Positions 16,501 through 21,972 of a stretch of 21,972 nt of DNA are shown here, in pieces. This stretch comes from Piedraia hortae CBS 480.64 (Eukaryota), in the NCBI GenBank assembly GCA_010093745.1, contig MU005968.1, forward strand, positions 310,001 to 331,972, read 5' to 3'. The position numbers and the translations under genes are program-made. The notes under the pieces are model-generated. The model was given only the letters and a program-made list of their open reading frames with translations, was not told the DNA's origin and searched no databases. The stretch's first letter is position 1, and each line of letters begins with the position of its first letter.

Positions 16501-19345
16501 CGAGTTGTTTCAGTGCCTCTGCACAGGCCAGCTCGACGACATTGACCTTGACGTTACCGATAGCAACCCTGGCTAGCCCCCCCTGGCGTCTCTGCCGTAG
16601 CAGTGTGTCCACCATGATATCATCGTCATTGTCGTACTTGTCATTAGACGGCGTGATCAGTGAAATCAGCCGTTCCAAATCTTTATCCTCGGGGACGGTC
16701 AAGTAATCTACACGCAAGCTTTCAAGTTCCATGCGCATAGAGAGGCTTTCGGACGATTCCTTCGGTCCGGTGATTTCGATCTTGGAAACGGTGGCAGCGC
16801 TGCCGTATTCCCGATGGAGGAACTTGATCTTACTCGTCCGCAATCCGACAGCACTTGCCTGACCTTGAAGAGTTGTCTTGACGCCATATATAACACCGGT
16901 TATTTTGAGCTCGGTGCTGGCTAAAGCTTTTGGCTTAGTCTCTTCAAAGCGTACACCACGTCGAGGATCAACATGCGGCCCAGGCTTTTGCATGTCATCG
17001 ATGAAGTTACCTATTTTACCAAGAACAGCTTCCACGGCGGCAACGTTGATTCCAATCTTGACAGGAAGCATCTCAGTCGAGATGTCAAGCAGAGGCCTCT
17101 GCTTTCCTCTATGCTGTGTGGTGTTGACTTTTGCAGTAATGTCATTCGTGTGGTCTGATGACTCAAAACTAAGCAACTCAAGTCCGTTTAGATAGGTCCT
17201 GAAGCGTGCAATCTTGGTATCAAAAACGCCGATTACTGATATGACGGTTATTGTTCCACAACACAGCGAAAGTAGAGTAGAATCGTCCGCAAAGTGCTCA
17301 ACAAGGGACAATTCAACTCTCTGAATGGATAGAGCTAGTGACAACGCGGAGGTATCAGACTCCACGGACGTCTCTGACTGCATCTCCTGGGCTGGAATGT
17401 TGGCTGTTACCAATGCCGCTGCTTTGAGCAAAAGATTTGCTGATTTCAAATCCACCGTGCCCTTGACAGAGTCCACGACGATTCGGGTTTGTCTTCTTCG
17501 GCTCACTGGTTTAAGAGACCACATTGTGCTTCCTGAGTCTTCCTGGCTCAAGGGTTCAGAGACCTGACTGTACGTACCGCGTTCAGAATAGACAGAAAAC
17601 GAGCCTGGTATCCTTTCGGGCCTTTGACTATGCTGATCTTGTACTGTGGATTCTTCTGATTCTTCCGACTCTTTGTCGAATTGAGGTATGTAAATCATTA
17701 TCTGGTCCACGGCCAGCAGTAGCTTTGCGTGTGGCTCACGGCTTGGAAGCTCATTGGAACGTGGCGACTGTGCACGAGGTGTAGCAACATCTGATTTTGG
17801 CCCCGGTGAGTCTGCACGCTGTAAACATGGCTGACCGAGGGACGGGGGTCGGTACGGAGGATTTGGATCCACATGAGTACTATCCTGCAAATCCCAGCTT
17901 CCAGGGACATGTAATGTAGATGCTGTTGTTATGGCACTCATGTACATGCTTGCATCAGCATCAGCAACGACTTGCCCACCTGACCCTTCCTTTGTCCCTG
18001 CAACGGCAAAAGGAAGTTCGCTTTCTGAATCCTCGCTACCATTTCTCCTGGACTGGGAGCGGCGGTTAACAGCCTGATAAAGCCCTTCCTCGGGCGTTGA
18101 GAAGCGGACAGGGCTCGGAGACCGCAACTTTTGGCTATTACCCATGTGATAGGAGCTAGCAGAACTGCTGCGGTGAGAGCTTTGCACGCTCCACCTTAGA
18201 GGAGACACTACCCGGCTTGTTCGGAGCGGACTCGGATGGAGCAGCGTTTGTTCTTGTTGGTTTTGGTCCTCTAATAAGGTATCATCAGCCGTCATTGAGC
18301 TCCAAAGATTGTCTAATTCTGGACTGGCAACCCGGCTGCGTCTAGAGTGCCAGCTGATGTTGTCATCTCCAGGTCGAATGTCAAGCTCAGATTCGGCCAG
18401 CTTGTCGGGGTCAACGGTGGAAAGGAACAGCTCCTCCACTGGCGGTAAATTGATGTTCGTCTCTTGGGTCAGTTCCTCATCGAGTGCGTCATTGACGCAA
18501 CTGTCTGGGACTTCTCGCATCTCGGGCACAGTGGAGAATTTATCTGGTGGTCTCATCGATGACGAAAGGAAGTCCAGTGTCATATCAAGCATCTGTATTG
18601 GGCATTCATCCTGGTGTTTAGCATCATCGGACGCAGTACACACTCTTCCGACGTTAATCTCGCCAATTCGTAACTGCAGTGTGATGCTCTCGGGTGCTTG
18701 ACCATGTGTTGGTATGCACAATTCCAGACTGGCTACAATGTTTTTGAGTTGTAGTTGAATGCGACTGGCGATTCCTCGGGCAAAGCTGTCGAGGAACGAT
18801 GGCATTCCAACCCCTACTCCCGTTCCAGCCGTATCAGCATCATCATCATCATCATCATCATCATCATTGAACGGTGATTCAACTATTGACACAGAAGTTT
18901 TGACATCTCTTATCGTCTGCTCAGGCTCATGCTGTATGAAGGACTGCGTGATTTCGTGCACAATTGAAGCTTGTGGGTTATCACTTATACGAATGAAACC
19001 ACGATGCAAATTGGGACTCTGTAGTCTTGATGACAGCTCATCGTATTCAACAGACAAATGAATGCCGTCCACTTCGACTTGTATGCTGGATTGCCAGAAA
19101 TCGGTAGGAATAGTGAGTCGAAGGAGTAAGACGCGAGCTGTTTGGATGCGCAGACATGGTGGAAGCTGGATCAGTTGGGAAAGTTTCTGGATATTCAAGC
19201 CCACATTCTTGAGCTCAATGACATTGTTTCGCCCGAGCTTGATATCAAAATCGTGCGATTCAATCGCCTTTTCGTCCAAGAAACCAGAGCGGGAGAGAAT
19301 GTGTCGAAGGCTATAGTTTAAGAATTTACCCTGCCACCAAGACAT
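13539..19345 (-). CDS. ATG2: Autophagy-related protein 2 (bridge-like lipid transfer protein), ~1918 aa. Exons 19345..13604 and 13553..13539.
   Basis: Chorein-N start MSWWQGKFLNYSLRHILSRSGFLD...IELKNVGLNI (ATG 19345; the ORF-track start at 19384 is a TTG). ATG2 motifs: [76 protein letters not shown], and the ATG_C region PIKEYRKDGRLVRSIQKG...LRPVIGATGAVGKTLLG. A 50-nt intron 13603..13554 (GTGAGA...GCTAAT...ACAG) gives the end ...KRNDE|KYKV*. Confidence 0.96.
18838..18867. repeat. (CAT)10 / (ATG)10 microsatellite encoding the poly-Asp run in ATG2
   Basis: Ten perfect CAT units; translates on the minus strand as N-DDDDDDDDD. Confidence 0.95.
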
Positions 19346-19699
19346 GTTTGTGAATTGTCGAGTGCGCAGTGTGGATGGCGCCAAGGATACGCTTAAATTC
19401 GACAGACACGGTAGATACGGAGCCTAATTGCAGTAATACCGCCAATTCAGCTAGATGTATAGAAGACTTGCACCCTTGCACAGCGTTGTATCGTAAGTCA
19501 GGGTTATTGTATGTGAAGTCGTCGAATGTCACTTCGAGGCATCCAGTGTGAGCTTCGGGCCGGAGTTAATCCGAGATCACTCGATCACTTTTGGCGACAG
19601 TCACCAGACGCTTCATCTCACAAGCGCGTGATGGGCATGGAAGCTAGGCGGAACTGGATCTGTCACGTCTCCGTACAATAGCTGTGGACACTCACAGCT

Positions 19700-21269
19700 T
19701 CATCCACTCGGACGTGCTATTTTGTCCCCTGACACAGTTCACGCGGCCAGAACACGTCAACGGCGGGATGCAGGGGGGAACCCTGAACAACGGCAGCTTT
19801 TGGCCTGATCAGAAACGCTTTCAGATGTCGCTACATGCTGGCCATCCACGTCGACTCGGGAGTCGGGTAGAAGACGTTACCCCGCCCAATGACGTCGAGG
19901 TGCCGAGCGCCGGTCCGCCTTCACCTGGCCAACCGAGGCAAGCATTTCGTCATCGACCGACATCATCACCTGAACGTCACCTGCCGATCTGCGCATCTAT
20001 AAGCTCTTCATCGGTGCAATTGATTTCCACTGAGAAACAAGTCACTGACAGACTAACTAAAGTAGCTTCGTATGTCCCGCCGCTCCAACAGTGGTGGCTC
20101 GCAGATGATCCGCAATCATACTAGGACCTTGGAATTGGGATAACAGCTAAGCCCTCCATGGCGTCACAGACCTACCAGATATTGCCGCCGCATCTGTCAC
20201 CTTTGGCATGCAACATACTTCGGCTTCTCCAACGTCTTCAAACTTGAAGAACAAGGATGTTTGCAGGTAGTACCTCACTCACGAGATACCTGCTGGAGAC
20301 TTAGAAAAGTTTCGGTGCGTGAAATATGATGTAGTCAAAAAGAAAGGAGGAATTGGTGAGTACTTCAGCTTGATGACACATCACGCGAGACCATCCCAAC
20401 TGGTAGACCGAGTGTTTGGGTTGTGCTTGGTTTTGGGCATGGTGAGCCCTCGCCTCGCAGTAATAACCTATTCAAGTGAGCGAGCTGGATAGTGAAGTGC
20501 CACCCTATCAGTATCATGGAGGATTATTTCTGTGCAGAGAGTGCACCACCCTGGAACGGGTAACTCGCCAGACAATGGTTTCGCGCCTGCTCTCTGTGCA
20601 GAAAAGGTCACAAGAAAACAGGCAAAGGCTTCGGCCAATTTTTAAAGCATATCCGCTTTTTAAGGAGATATGAGGCTTCGGAAGACAAACTTGACACGTG
20701 GGCCGCTAGAATGCCCTCATAAGCAAGGCGGTGAAGAACATGAGGACGGTGGTTAAGACCATATATGGAACCACCTGCTACATATGTCTAATGCCGCCAA
20801 TATTTTGCAAGCAGAAGCAAACGTGCCGCGAGCACGAGAATAAAATTTTGCAAGGCTGCCATGGCGACATGTTGCTCCCACCGACGGCCGCATGGATTCG
20901 GGCTCAGGGTTGGTTGCAGGATGACCGAGTCCGCCAGTATGTCCAGTGGTTGACGACACCGGACACCATCAAACGGCGTCGGGGTCAACGAATGGCATAC
21001 GCGCGGTCAAAGTGGTGCTGAGAGCTCTCACAGAGGAACAGGGAGAGGAGACGGCTGGTGGAATCCGCCCTTGTACAGGCACAGCCGAAGAGATGGAGTA
21101 TGAGGAGCGGAAAAGACGGCTGCGCTGTAAGCCGTCGAACGAAGTGGCAATGGGGGCGGCGACAGAGGAAGAAGAGCAGCAGCTGTTCAGGCAGTTGCTG
21201 GAAGAGGCCACGCCAGAGCAGGAGCAGCACCAGAGGCACGAGGTTATAGTAATCTTGTCGGATGATTGA
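19700..21269 (+). pseudogene. Probable fossil RecQ-type (telomere-linked/element-borne) helicase gene
   Basis: Eroded motifs in RecQ order across frames: FTRPEH (19738; vtPE), VTPPNDVE (ATlPP), RPTSSP/NVT (R.st.RpNi), KVASYV (20059; k.IvY), GITAKP/HG (20137-20162; gi.a..yHa), IAAASVTFGM (20181-20210; vATsAFGM), ACSLC (20585; Zn CxxC), CYICLMPPIFC...C...GDMLLP...YVQWL (20776-20952; C-terminal Cys domain seen in fungal TLH-like helicases). Many stops and frameshifts; DEAH and motif VI are not recognisable. Confidence 0.5.
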
Positions 21270-21972
21270 CGCTCATGTAAATGTAGACTTTCACCAAAAT
21301 ATCGGTCCGGAGAGTTCTGAAGAGCAAACACAGGTGCAACGGCAGCAGGCGTCATTCAGAACGTCAATCCTTTCATGTCGTGCAGGCGTCTGATTGTGTC
21401 TTGCCTGTGTAATAAGCACAACGTGTGCGTTCTTTGTCTAATAGCGACCCGGTGCTGATTGCCAGATGAATCAGTAGTTTGAAGTGTCGCTGCGGGCTTT
21501 GGGGTAATGCTTAGCTCCTCATTACCGATGAAACGCACTTTGACTTGGCACAGAGAAGCAAAGACTATCGTACCATTGTGCTCTACGCTGAAAACGAGAT
21601 CCATGATGTCCCACATGTAAACAAAATAGCATGCATGGTGTGAAATGGTGCACAAGAAAGGTTTCTTGTATCTCGAAAACATTCCAGAACCCGAATTGGT
21701 CCTTGGACAATGGTAAGCATCGTGAACAACATTTTGTAGGGCTTTCGTTCATCGAGCCCGTCACGAATAGGTTTAGAGATGGGTGGTTTCGGCCTCGAAG
21801 GAGTATATCATGCCTCAACAGGACATCTACAGTCGTTCATGATCCCGTCGTTACGCTTGCAGGGACGCAAAGCCTGGCAAAACCAGGATGCTGGGCGGAA
21901 TTTTACCGCCAGGAAGCCTGAACTATTCTATTATAATTGTGAGCAGATGTGTACCTGCATACAAATCTCTAC

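Noticed and set aside
13715..19316. Numerous short + strand ORFs inside ATG2
   Set aside because: Antisense shadows of the ATG2 frame.
19346..19384. ATG2 N-terminal extension MAPSTLRTRQFTN
   Set aside because: It starts at a TTG. The first ATG (19345) begins the MSWWQ sequence that fits the ATG2 N-terminus.
1..21972. tRNA, rRNA, CRISPR arrays or prokaryotic defence systems
   Set aside because: No cloverleaf, rRNA-like or repeat-spacer pattern was seen by eye, and the DNA is clearly spliceosomal-intron-containing fungal sequence. Small ncRNAs cannot be excluded without an Infernal/tRNAscan run.

Overview
Eukaryotic DNA from a filamentous ascomycete. It looks like a compact dothideomycete-type genome, inferred from the protein families and the very short 44-58 nt GT..AG introns with CTRAC/CTAAY-type branch points. 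Five intact genes are supported: (1) the 3' part of an AVT5/6/7-like vacuolar amino-acid transporter (+); (2) an intronless 1090-aa GT1 sterol 3-beta-glucosyltransferase-like protein with an ATG2/VPS13-C-like glycine-rich segment and C-terminal ubiquitin-interacting motifs (+); (3) an Mtr-like neutral amino-acid permease (+, 1 intron); (4) a three-exon, Cys-free, Pro/Thr-rich orphan secreted protein (+); (5) ATG2 (-, about 1918 aa, tiny terminal exon). The spacers contain heavily deleted fossils recognisable only by motif order across frames: a LINE/Tad-like ORF1 running into a Ty1/copia pol remnant with a probable PPT and 3' LTR (4.9-7.2 kb, -), and a probable RecQ/telomere-linked-helicase-type pseudogene (19.7-21.3 kb, +). 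No rRNA, tRNA or CRISPR array was seen. I cannot establish a new biological system here. The best leads are the glucosyltransferase domain architecture, the autophagy/vacuole-themed neighbourhood, the orphan secreted protein and the fossil elements. All homology calls come from motif recognition by eye, not database searches.
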